From sequence record NC_048037.1: DNA of 37,311 bases; one strand, 5' to 3'. The position numbers and the translations under genes were made by a program. A model generated the notes under the pieces. The model made no database searches. It was not told the DNA's origin and saw nothing but the letters and a program-made list of their open reading frames with translations. This document shows, one piece after another, positions 1 to 8,628 of this stretch (the first letter of the stretch is position 1; every line of letters starts with the position of its first letter).

Positions 1-337
1 GCAAAATTAATTTTATTCATATGTTCGTTAGAACATCAATAAAATCCTTAACCATTGCATAGAACATCCCACGATTTAACACCTAGAACTCCCCACATCA
101 AATATCAATTTTCTAGAACTTCTTACGTCAATTTTATATTTATCATTCGGCACTATTTTCTATTTATCATTCGTCCCAATAACGCGAACCCCAACCCTAT
201 ATACATTTTCTTCACTTTTACGCACGTATTTTTCGCGACCATTTTACGCCACCCCACGTTTTTTTCACGCGAATTCCCCCCCTTATTTTTTCTATACCAA
301 CCCCCCGTATCTTCCACATTTATGCCCGAAAAAAACC
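1..337 (+). repeat. Left terminal inverted repeat (337 bp)
   Basis: Reverse complement of 36975-37311; identity ends after ...CCCGAAAAAAACC (next base G on the left, T on the right). Confidence 0.97.
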
Positions 338-392
338 GAAAAAAGCACAAAGCTTTTTAAACCAAACACTTCAATTCAGTTTATGAACTATT

Positions 393-2246
393 ATGGAAAA
401 AAATAAACAAATTTGTGTTAAACCGGCTGGAAAGTTAAGTTCAACCCTTTTTGAAAAGTACCTTTCGTTTTTTAGATTAATTGGTACGTTCAATTCTGAA
501 ACTAAGGAATGGTGTCTCAACCAAGTTAAATTTAACATTGTTGATCCTTTTTTATTGAGGAGAAATTATAATGCCGTAAAGGAGATTGCTGAGCTAATTG
601 GTTTCGTTCCTAGTGAGAATTGGGAGATAATTGTAAAAATGGTGGAGGAGAAGATAGCTAAAATACCACGAGATTTAACTTTAGGTGACCTCGAAGCTAA
701 AATTGTTCAGAACGAGGTTTACCTTTCAGCAGAAAAGTATCATTATAACGAAATCATTGAACAATTTCAGCAAGAGTTATGCAAGCAAATAAAGTATTTT
801 GACTACAAGGAGCGTAAGTATGTTACTCGTGATCTTTGTTTCTTTAACGTAATGGGTTCAATATTACGATATCTTAGAGGTTTACATCTTATTTCGGAAA
901 GGGCTTTACAACAAATTGGTTTCAAGGTAAAATTGGTTAACGAATATAATCCCGAGATCTCTAAGGTTAACGTCCCTAGTGAGATTTTCAATTATCAGTT
1001 AAGGAGTTACCAAGTTGATGCTATTTCCAATAGTCTGAAGGCAATAGCGAAAGTTGGTGGAGCTTTGATTCAGCTACCGACGGGTGCCGGGAAGACGCTT
1101 ATCGGTATGACTCTAGTAAAGCTATTGATGGATGCCGGGTTCATAAAGAACGCGTTTGTTGTTGTGAATTCCAAAACTTTAGCCATTCAGTGGTTTAACG
1201 TTTTGTCTAAACATTTTGATGACGTTGGTATGTACACGGGTGATGAAAAGAATTACGGCAAGGTTACAATTTCTACGTTTCAGAGTATATGGAGTCCTTT
1301 AAATAAGAACGCGGGGAATGACATGATTGAGAGCGGGATTATGGGGAAGTTTAAGAATACGGACTTTGTGATTTTTGATGAGGTTCATCATGTGCCTGCG
1401 GATACATTTAAAGCTGTGGCTTCTCTTAACCATAATATTCATATCGGGCTATCGGCAACACCGTATAGAGAAGACGCTTATGATGAGGTAATTTACGGTC
1501 TTACGTCATCTCCTGTGTATAAGCTGAGATTTAGCGATCTACTGGACTTTTTGATACCACCCAAGGTATATAATATCAGAGTGCCTGTGAGTGTTAACGA
1601 GGGTTTGAACTTTTTAAATGCCGTAAAGAATGCTGAGGATGAGAACGGGTTCTTCCAATGGAACCTAAACGAGGGTGAAATTTTCGGGGAGGATGAAACT
1701 TCGAATAAAAACATGAAGTACATTGATTTCATGAAAGGGGTTTTGTGGAACGATAAGGTTTGGAAGTATGCCGTATGGCTCGCTAATAAGTTAGTTGAGA
1801 AGGGTGTATACCCGGTTATTATTCATTCTCCTCTTGAAACTCCTGCTAGGTATTTCTCTGAGGCTTTTAATCTGAAGCTATTAAGCGGTAAGAGTGAGGA
1901 CAGTGAGAGGAAGGTAATATTAGAGGCATTAAATAGTCGTGCATTAAAGCTGTGTGTGGCTACGACTGTTATTGATGAGGGTGTAGATATACCTTCTTTG
2001 CAATCTTTGATTATGTTATATCCCGGTGGTTCCAGGGTCAAGTTGATACAAAGGATTGGGAGGCTTGTAAGGAAAGCACAAGGTAAGAATAACGCTTACG
2101 TGTTCTTGTTTAACTACATGACGGAGAATGAGTGGTTTAATAATATACTGGAGAGACAGAACGAGAAGAGATTAAGTGCGTTAAAAGAAGAACGAGCGTG
2201 GCAAATTGTAGACGTTTCTTATCGTGAGGTATTACAGTCCATTTAG
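393..2246 (+). CDS. Superfamily 2 helicase, XPB/Rad25-like (617 aa)
   Basis: Q motif LRSYQ, Walker A LPTGAGKT, DEVHH, motif III GLSAT, motif V DEGVDIP, motif VI QRIGRLVR. Confidence 0.95.
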   Translation: MEKNKQICVKPAGKLSSTLFEKYLSFFRLIGTFNSETKEWCLNQVKFNIVDPFLLRRNYNAVKEIAELIGFVPSENWEIIVKMVEEKIAKIPRDLTLGDLEAKIVQNEVYLSAEKYHYNEIIEQFQQELCKQIKYFDYKERKYVTRDLCFFNVMGSILRYLRGLHLISERALQQIGFKVKLVNEYNPEISKVNVPSEIFNYQLRSYQVDAISNSLKAIAKVGGALIQLPTGAGKTLIGMTLVKLLMDAGFIKNAFVVVNSKTLAIQWFNVLSKHFDDVGMYTGDEKNYGKVTISTFQSIWSPLNKNAGNDMIESGIMGKFKNTDFVIFDEVHHVPADTFKAVASLNHNIHIGLSATPYREDAYDEVIYGLTSSPVYKLRFSDLLDFLIPPKVYNIRVPVSVNEGLNFLNAVKNAEDENGFFQWNLNEGEIFGEDETSNKNMKYIDFMKGVLWNDKVWKYAVWLANKLVEKGVYPVIIHSPLETPARYFSEAFNLKLLSGKSEDSERKVILEALNSRALKLCVATTVIDEGVDIPSLQSLIMLYPGGSRVKLIQRIGRLVRKAQGKNNAYVFLFNYMTENEWFNNILERQNEKRLSALKEERAWQIVDVSYREVLQSI

Positions 2247-2278
2247 TTTAAAAAGCTTTCTTTTTTTACTTTTAACAC

Positions 2279-2719
2279 ATGATTCAAGTTGAGTTTCAAG
2301 TTAATAAGAACAATTTTAAAAATTTGTATGATATTTTTTTGGATTATGATATAAGGTTTAACTTCAAGGGTTATAACGTAACGTTTCATTTCGTTAAGTT
2401 GGGTTATCTTGTTTTTAATACCGGTTTGGTGGCTACTGAACGGCTTGTTATTGATCTGAGGCTTTTTATTATTGATGGTGGATCGGGTTTCATGGACTCT
2501 GTTACTTACGTTACTGATAATGTTAATTTTAACTTTTTGTTTTTTAGTGTAAATAGTCTACATAACAAAATAAATTACGATACATTTATACTGAAGTTAT
2601 TGTATGCTTTTCATCTTTATCACATTGAGGTTACTTTGGATGATTTGAGGGAGATAACCAGGATTGTGAGAACGTATCTTGTAAAATTGCTTAAAGATAA
2701 CTCATATCTTACGCCTTAA
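2279..2719 (+). CDS. Hypothetical protein (146 aa), shares RFxFKGY motif with 34735-35223
   Basis: Clean ATG ORF followed by T-tracts. Confidence 0.75.
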   Translation: MIQVEFQVNKNNFKNLYDIFLDYDIRFNFKGYNVTFHFVKLGYLVFNTGLVATERLVIDLRLFIIDGGSGFMDSVTYVTDNVNFNFLFFSVNSLHNKINYDTFILKLLYAFHLYHIEVTLDDLREITRIVRTYLVKLLKDNSYLTP

Positions 2720-2842
2720 ATAAGTGTTTTTTATTTTTTTTCGTGATTTAGTTTTTAATAGCAATAAGGGTTTAATTTTTAATAAAAGTAAGGTATGAAA
2801 AATATTAAGACAAAGAATATGAAAAAATGAGTTAATGTTATT
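2720..2842. terminator. Convergent oligo-T terminator region
   Basis: T-tracts on + after 2719 and A-tracts (T on -) after the gene ending at 2843; typical Sulfolobales terminators. Confidence 0.5.
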
Positions 2843-3256
2843 TCATGAAATTATTATGTAGTCATTGAATAAAGGTAAATTTTTATTGTTATTTAACAGT
2901 GCCGTTCTTATATTTTCCGGTAGTTGGTCTAAAGGCGTAACAGGTTCTTGTTTATCGAATAACCGATATTTCGTTATTGTCACATAATCTCCATTTTCAT
3001 TTATTTTTATTAGTTCTACATCAATGTAAACATTTCCTGTGTTTGTTCTGTAAGCATCGTATACTATGTATTGTTTGTTTGTTTTTAATGTATATATTCT
3101 TGCACCGTGATGTCCTGTGGATGATGTAAATAGCTGACTATCTACTATTTTACCGCTATCAAAATCTATTACAATAGTATCCTTTAATCCTCTTCCTTCT
3201 CTTGTTCTTTTGTACTCGGATTTAAGTGTTACTGTTATGCTTCGTATTTCACACAT
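2843..3256 (-). CDS. Hypothetical beta-rich protein (137 aa)
   Basis: Start overlaps stop of upstream gene; protein-like composition. Confidence 0.8.
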   Translation of the reverse strand: MCEIRSITVTLKSEYKRTREGRGLKDTIVIDFDSGKIVDSQLFTSSTGHHGARIYTLKTNKQYIVYDAYRTNTGNVYIDVELIKINENGDYVTITKYRLFDKQEPVTPLDQLPENIRTALLNNNKNLPLFNDYIIIS

Positions 3257-3572
3257 CTTTATCCCCGCATGTGATTTCTATTTTCCTTAGCTCTATTAAA
3301 AATGATCCATTTAACCTTTTTAATTTGTCTCTTACCTTTTCCGGTATTTCTATACCGTATCCATATATTGGCTGATATACTGTAGCTTCTATGTTTTGAT
3401 TTGTTTCGTTTATGGTTATATCTATAAATGTATCGGCGTATATTTCTTTTGTTATTTTTATTTTGCCTTTCTTGGATAACGATTTTTTTTCTTTTTCTTG
3501 TAATTCTTCTATTGTTTTGGCTATTTCCTCCGGGTCTGAGATATAACTTACTTTTTTTAATTGGGTTGACAT
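3249..3572 (-). CDS. Hypothetical protein (~107 aa, start MSTQLKK)
   Basis: ATG at 3572 preceded by GGGG SD-like sequence; the track start at 3623 looks over-extended. Confidence 0.7.
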   Translation of the reverse strand: MSTQLKKVSYISDPEEIAKTIEELQEKEKKSLSKKGKIKITKEIYADTFIDITINETNQNIEATVYQPIYGYGIEIPEKVRDKLKRLNGSFLIELRKIEITCGDKDV

Positions 3573-3751
3573 TTTCCCCGTATATACGCTTTTCATTAAA
3601 ACCGAATAAAAATATTTTCGCAAATAATACTATTATAATATTTGCTTGAGTTTTTTCGTTTGATGATCATTTATATATTGTAAAGGATTTGGATTAATGT
3701 TGTATTATATGAAATAACATTTAAATTGTGTTTTATATTAAGCGTTTAAAC

Positions 3752-4018
3752 ATGAGTAAGAATTTATGTAAGGTGTATGAGCAAGATATTAAAGAACTTT
3801 TTATTGATAATAGGTTAAATGATCAGTATGATGAGATACAAATAGTCCGTTTTTTATGGTATGATCACGTATCACCTGACATCAATTACTATACGTGGTT
3901 AATTAAAATCAAGGGACAAAGAGGGAAGTATGTGTTGTATAGGTATAACAGGGGTTCATATAACTATATTGCCTTGTATAGAGAGGGTAAGAGGTTATGC
4001 GAAGTTGAGTTTAAGTAA
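3752..4018 (+). CDS. Hypothetical protein (~88 aa, start MSKNLC)
   Basis: ATG at 3752 with an AT-rich TATA-like element about 25-30 nt upstream. Confidence 0.7.
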   Translation: MSKNLCKVYEQDIKELFIDNRLNDQYDEIQIVRFLWYDHVSPDINYYTWLIKIKGQRGKYVLYRYNRGSYNYIALYREGKRLCEVEFK

Positions 4019-4307
4019 CTATACTATATATTTACTAAAGAAGTATTTAGATGTGGAAGTAAAGGGTAATGCAATAAATATTTATAATTTTAAGCGTTTA
4101 TCTGTAGAGGATTTGAACGGGTATGTTGTAATCACCGCGTTTTTTGAATGGGGTTTAATTCGGAAGCATTACGAAAAGCTCATTTTTATCATATCAAATC
4201 AGAATGTAACGTTAGATATACACGGTATGACATTACGGTTTAAGGGTAGTGTGAATATCTATTCTTATGGTGACTACGTGACTTTTGTCATATATGTTTA
4301 TGAGTAG
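4005..4307 (+). CDS. Hypothetical beta-rich protein (~100 aa, probable TTG start)
   Basis: In-frame TTG at 4005 downstream of GAGGT; overlaps the stop of the previous gene. Confidence 0.6.
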   Translation: MSLSNYTIYLLKKYLDVEVKGNAINIYNFKRLSVEDLNGYVVITAFFEWGLIRKHYEKLIFIISNQNVTLDIHGMTLRFKGSVNIYSYGDYVTFVIYVYE

Positions 4308-4316
4308 TTAGTTTTT

Positions 4317-4823
4317 TTATGTTGTTATTTTTTTAATTAGTTCAATTATTTTATCTTGCATTTGTTCTATTGCTTTTTTATCTAAGCTATTTTCTACTTG
4401 TCCTATCGTTGAATTTGCTATGTAAATTATTTCGTGAATAAGTATAGATTGAAATAGTATTATATTTTTTATGTGTTTTTCAAGTAATTCATGGGCTTCC
4501 GATTCTTTTTTTAAACTCTCATTTGCTCTCAATAGGTAGTTCCTTATTTCTTCAAATTTCTTAAGGTTTTTTTCACTCAACATGTTTTTATTTATATCCG
4601 GGTTTTTGATTATTTCGTTTGTGATAGTTGCCAAATTATCAATAATTTGTATCGTATTATCTATTATTTGTTGATATACGTATAATGAGTCCTTGTTGAT
4701 TACTATGATCCCTCTGGTTATTAACGTTAGGTAAAATTTTTGACGGTCTTTTAACAATATATCTAGTACTTCCACGTATCTTTCATTTATTTCTTGAACG
4801 TCCATTTTCTTTGCCACCTTCAT
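4317..4823 (-). CDS. Hypothetical alpha-helical protein (168 aa)
   Basis: Last gene of a coupled minus-strand operon; amphipathic helices. Confidence 0.75.
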   Translation of the reverse strand: MKVAKKMDVQEINERYVEVLDILLKDRQKFYLTLITRGIIVINKDSLYVYQQIIDNTIQIIDNLATITNEIIKNPDINKNMLSEKNLKKFEEIRNYLLRANESLKKESEAHELLEKHIKNIILFQSILIHEIIYIANSTIGQVENSLDKKAIEQMQDKIIELIKKITT

Positions 4824-4832
4824 TTAAAATGA

Positions 4833-4985
4833 CTATTTAAATATGATCTTCATTTCTATTGGGTCTATATACGGTGTTTTATCTTTAACTAACGGTACCA
4901 ACGCTTTCGGGATCCTAACGTAATATATTGTCTCTTTGCCTACTTTTCTTCTCGAAAGGTTTGTTTTTATCAAACGCTCATCCAT
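4833..4985 (-). CDS. AbrB/SpoVT-like swapped-hairpin DNA-binding protein (50 aa, not in ORF track)
   Basis: Manual translation MDERLIKTNLSRRKVGKETIYYVRIPKALVPLVKDKTPYIDPIEMKIIFK; RKVG..YYVRIPKAL fits the AbrB/MazE pattern; fills the gap between two same-strand genes. Confidence 0.7.
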   Translation of the reverse strand: MDERLIKTNLSRRKVGKETIYYVRIPKALVPLVKDKTPYIDPIEMKIIFK

Positions 4986-5007
4986 GATACTATACTAATT
5001 TTTATGT

Positions 5008-5765
5008 TTAAAAATATATACTACTTTTTTGCATTTCAACAAGTGTCATAATGCTGTCCGTGTCTACCCTATTTTTTACATGTTCACGTATTGTTTCCTT
5101 TAGCTCATCGTATTCGTTTTTCTTCATTTTTAATGCGTATTCTATTGCCTCATCAAAACTTTTGATGTCAATCGTGTCTAGTACGTAGGTGTTTAGTAAC
5201 GTGTTTTTGACTACTATGTCACCCGTTACGTAAAAGTGGATTCCCGGCGTGTCTTTGTGTGTTATCGGTATACATGCGTTTGCCATTGCCTCGTAAAGGT
5301 ATAAGTCTTCGCTTTGTTTTGACAGATTTGTATAAATACAAAAATGGTGTGACGCGAATTCTTCTAATCGGTTGTTTTTAGCTTGAACTATGTCGAAAAG
5401 TTTGAAGTACTTGGATTTCCTAAGATATGAAATTCCGTACATGTCAAAATAATAGTTATCAACGATTAACATGAATAATGATTTATGTTTTTTTTCCTCT
5501 ATACGGAAAATAGGAGGCGGTAACGTTTCGTACACGTTGAAAAATTTATTGTAACGTTCTGAGGGTGTGATTATCTTTAAGTTGTATAGATTAACGGTTT
5601 TAATGTCGTATGCGTCGGTAAAGCAATAAATAAAGCGTCTTCTTGTGTCTATTGATGAGAGAAAAACATCTATTACTTTCCCGCATTCTGTAAAAACTAG
5701 TTTAGCTTTTTCAAGTGTACTATTTGTCCTTACGGGGAAGTATTTAAAAAAGGGGAATTTATCAT
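5008..5765 (-). CDS. Divergent GT-B glycosyltransferase-like protein; full length (~252 aa) needs a -1 frameshift at 5745-5751
   Basis: C-terminal part (LSKQSEDLYLYEAMANACIP..EYALKMKKNEYDEL) is paralogous to 19540-20466 (LSHSEGFGLPPVEAMGVGTIP..EYARGMKREDYEEL). The frame stays open about 86 codons upstream of the track start at 5535 with no ATG/GTG/TTG. Confidence 0.7.
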
Positions 5766-7553
5766 CTACGTAGATAGTTGGAACGATAGTAAATCATCCT
5801 CCTTTTCAATTGTTAATGTATATTCTTTATCTTCCTCTGTGGCTATTTCAACCCTTACTCCTTCGATTTTTACAGGTATGTGTGTTCCCGGTTTTGCAAT
5901 TTGGAATATTGTCCTATCAAATATGTAGTTGTCAAGTCCTAGGATTCTGGTCACGTCTTCTAGCAATGTCGGGTTCTCGTGTGCTAGGTTTAACACGTTT
6001 TCGAGGAATGTTAGATATATGCCTTCTCTTTGTATTATTTGTAATAGTGTTACGTAAGGTCTTTCGAAACTATACGTACCGTGTTCATGAATTTCGAAGT
6101 ACGCGTGTATGTATTCGTGAAATGTGGCGATCATGTATAATGTTTCTAGTGTGTCTTTCTCAGCCATTCCCAGTTCCGGGGCTTCTATTTTTGCCATTAT
6201 CCTTGGTGGGGATAGGAATATATACGGTTTTTCAGCGAATTTTGTTATTCCCAACAAATCGCTCGTTTGGTACGCGTAACTGTCCTTTAACACGAATAGG
6301 GGTATTTTTTGTAGTTTATAATCTAGTATTGCGTAATCGTTTGTTATCCCGAGGAAAGCTAATACTGTGTTAAATGCCCATAGACCTGCCAATACTCCTT
6401 TCTTTATGTCATCAGGCAGTTCTGCGAACTTGTATGAGTTGTTTAAAAGTATCATTATGTCTCTATTTTGAGAATATTCTTTTGCCGTGAATGCCTCATA
6501 TCCTTTCTTTCTAATTCTATTTACAACAGTTTCAAATATGTAATCATATTGTATATTGAATCCGAACCCGTTACCTATCATTATTATTTCTTTTAACGAT
6601 CCTACAATGATCGGCTTTACATCAAAGGCTTTAGCTATTGAGATTATTGCGTCTGCAAATACGTCATTCAGCTCTACCATGATGGGGCTATAATCACCCG
6701 GGAAGTTAAACAAGAACGCGTTCCCCTCTTTTTTCCCGTTTTCTATAATCGCTTCCTTTATTAGTTCTTTGTCTTCATTTGATAATTTGCCGAGTTGTTC
6801 GTATAACGTTGAGTTATATGGATTTACTTTTGTGCGGTACTGGTCTGCGTATACACAACATAAGTTAACGCTAAACGGTAGATCCCACTTTCCGGAATAC
6901 ATCCCGTTGTGGTATACATTACGTCCTTCTTTCAACACTTGGGTTTTTCCCTTCCACAATAAATCAATGTCAAGTTTTTTCCCTTCCACGTAAACGGTGG
7001 TTTGTCCTTTTGTTTCAGCTTTTCCCCGTAATACAACAAGTCTACACATGTCATCTACGTCTTTGATTTTTATTGTCCCGTTACAATACCCCGCGAACAT
7101 GTATGCGTGGTTATCAGTTAACACGAGTGCGGTTTTTCCGATTAGTAACATGGTACCCATTGCTTGTTTCAGCCCTACCCCGAACTTTCCTATTAAACAA
7201 CACGGAGGTTTTGTTTGAGTTGTCTTTGTCGTGAAACCCAATTCAAAGGCTTCCTCACTTATTGCTCCTTCAGACCTTATTACATAATAACCGTTTTCGT
7301 AATCCAGTTTTACGTTTCTATATGCGTTCAAGAAGTCAAGCGTTTTTTGTATTTCGTTATCAATCGCGTTCTGTAGGAATTCTCGGATAACGAATAACAG
7401 TAATTGGTTTTCATCTTGTGATGTATACGTGTAAACTGACTCGGACACAGTCCTAAAATAATGTAATCTGATATCGCTTGATATGAACGCTTCGTCGAAA
7501 GTTAGTTTTATTGGTTGGTTTATGGTGATAGGAGGTATTTTTATGAACTCCAT
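5766..7553 (-). CDS. GHKL (MutL/HSP90-like) ATPase with C-terminal HExxH metalloprotease-like motif (595 aa)
   Basis: N box IREFLQNAID, ELGFTTK, G2 box GKFGVGLK, GQTTV; HEYIH..HEHG near residue 480. Confidence 0.85.
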   Translation of the reverse strand: MEFIKIPPITINQPIKLTFDEAFISSDIRLHYFRTVSESVYTYTSQDENQLLLFVIREFLQNAIDNEIQKTLDFLNAYRNVKLDYENGYYVIRSEGAISEEAFELGFTTKTTQTKPPCCLIGKFGVGLKQAMGTMLLIGKTALVLTDNHAYMFAGYCNGTIKIKDVDDMCRLVVLRGKAETKGQTTVYVEGKKLDIDLLWKGKTQVLKEGRNVYHNGMYSGKWDLPFSVNLCCVYADQYRTKVNPYNSTLYEQLGKLSNEDKELIKEAIIENGKKEGNAFLFNFPGDYSPIMVELNDVFADAIISIAKAFDVKPIIVGSLKEIIMIGNGFGFNIQYDYIFETVVNRIRKKGYEAFTAKEYSQNRDIMILLNNSYKFAELPDDIKKGVLAGLWAFNTVLAFLGITNDYAILDYKLQKIPLFVLKDSYAYQTSDLLGITKFAEKPYIFLSPPRIMAKIEAPELGMAEKDTLETLYMIATFHEYIHAYFEIHEHGTYSFERPYVTLLQIIQREGIYLTFLENVLNLAHENPTLLEDVTRILGLDNYIFDRTIFQIAKPGTHIPVKIEGVRVEIATEEDKEYTLTIEKEDDLLSFQLST

Positions 7554-8485
7554 TTAGTACACCTCATTCCTAATGTATTAAGTCTTTCCAATTCTCTTAT
7601 AACAGTTTTTCCGTACTTTAAGCTTGTCACCTCTTCGCAGTACCCTTGTATTAAGTTCAACTCGGCAAGACGTTTAAGTAACGCTTGTACAACCTTTGAT
7701 GCGTTTGACTCATTTATTGCCATTTCAAAGTTTATTTGTGGCACGACAAGCGTGTTAACTTGTGATATGTACATGTCCAGTTCAGGTGGGTTTGGAAGCG
7801 AATATTGAATTAACGCTTGTTGGACAAAGTCCAGTAAATCTTGTTTTTCGGTTGCGGGCGGTGGTATAATTACATTTTCAGTTGTGATTTTCTTACAGAA
7901 TAAGTTGGGGTCACTTACAATGTATACCGGTTTTTTAAATATTTGGTATACGCTTTCCGCTCGTGATAATGTTGTGTTTTGTAGTACTATTATGTCAGAA
8001 CAATCCATGATTTTCTTTCTATTTTGATAAAACGCGGGACATTTGTACACGTTTTCAGCTATTTCAACACAAAACGGTTTAAGATTCAGACTATCAAGGT
8101 ATGCTTTCAATTCATCCTTAGTTACGTAGTGGTCTATGTCTATGTTTCTTCCAGTCCAATAATCTTCAACCGTCGGTACTCCGCATACCTTAGTTGCTAA
8201 CGGGTTGTAAAATATCTGTGTGTTAAAGTTTACGAAAATTGTTATATTTTTGTAAAACGATACGGTCTTTTTCATCCCGTTCTTGTCGTAACAGTAATTC
8301 TTAAAGCATACCATTTTCACTCCATCCCTTTCGTTATTGGCATAGAGTAATTCGAGTAGTCCTTTTGATGGTTTCATTGAACCCGGTGTTTCGATTTCGA
8401 TAACGTAATGCTTGGGGTTTATATTTAAGTTTTCAGTGCATACGGTTAACGCTAGGTTTTTGAAGAATTCGTTTTGGAATATCAT
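7541..8485 (-). CDS. Hypothetical protein (314 aa), coupled to the GHKL ATPase
   Basis: Long ORF overlapping the start of the ATPase gene. Confidence 0.85.
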   Translation of the reverse strand: MIFQNEFFKNLALTVCTENLNINPKHYVIEIETPGSMKPSKGLLELLYANNERDGVKMVCFKNYCYDKNGMKKTVSFYKNITIFVNFNTQIFYNPLATKVCGVPTVEDYWTGRNIDIDHYVTKDELKAYLDSLNLKPFCVEIAENVYKCPAFYQNRKKIMDCSDIIVLQNTTLSRAESVYQIFKKPVYIVSDPNLFCKKITTENVIIPPPATEKQDLLDFVQQALIQYSLPNPPELDMYISQVNTLVVPQINFEMAINESNASKVVQALLKRLAELNLIQGYCEEVTSLKYGKTVIRELERLNTLGMRCTKWSS

Positions 8486-8589
8486 CCTGTCTCACTTTTC
8501 GGGTATCTGAATGTTGATAGCAGATATCCCCATGTCAATATCTCTTTTTGCATGTCTTTTTTACTACACATAGCTTCACTATATCTCAT
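8482..8589 (-). CDS. Small leading ORF (35 aa, not in ORF track)
   Basis: MRYSEAMCSKKDMQKEILTWGYLLSTFRYPKSETG; TATA (TTTATTAA) at -23..-30; stop overlaps the next start as ATGA. Confidence 0.55.
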   Translation of the reverse strand: MRYSEAMCSKKDMQKEILTWGYLLSTFRYPKSETG

Positions 8590-8628
8590 AGGTATATTTA
8601 TATTGACGTTTTTAATAAAGTTTAATGT
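8590..8628. promoter_or_regulatory. Overlapping divergent promoters
   Basis: TTTATATT at 8597-8604 (+) and TTTATTAA at 8619-8612 (-), each about 25-30 nt upstream of an ATG. Confidence 0.65.

Noticed and set aside
55-360. ORFs inside the terminal repeats (55-360, 153-350, 36937-37257)
   Set aside because: Low-complexity products from T/C-rich repeat DNA, no promoter or SD, and different endings at the two termini; probably non-coding.
5810-7808. Plus-strand ORFs antisense to the GHKL and 314-aa genes (e.g. 187 aa at 5810-6373)
   Set aside because: Shadow ORFs with no motifs, SD or promoter.
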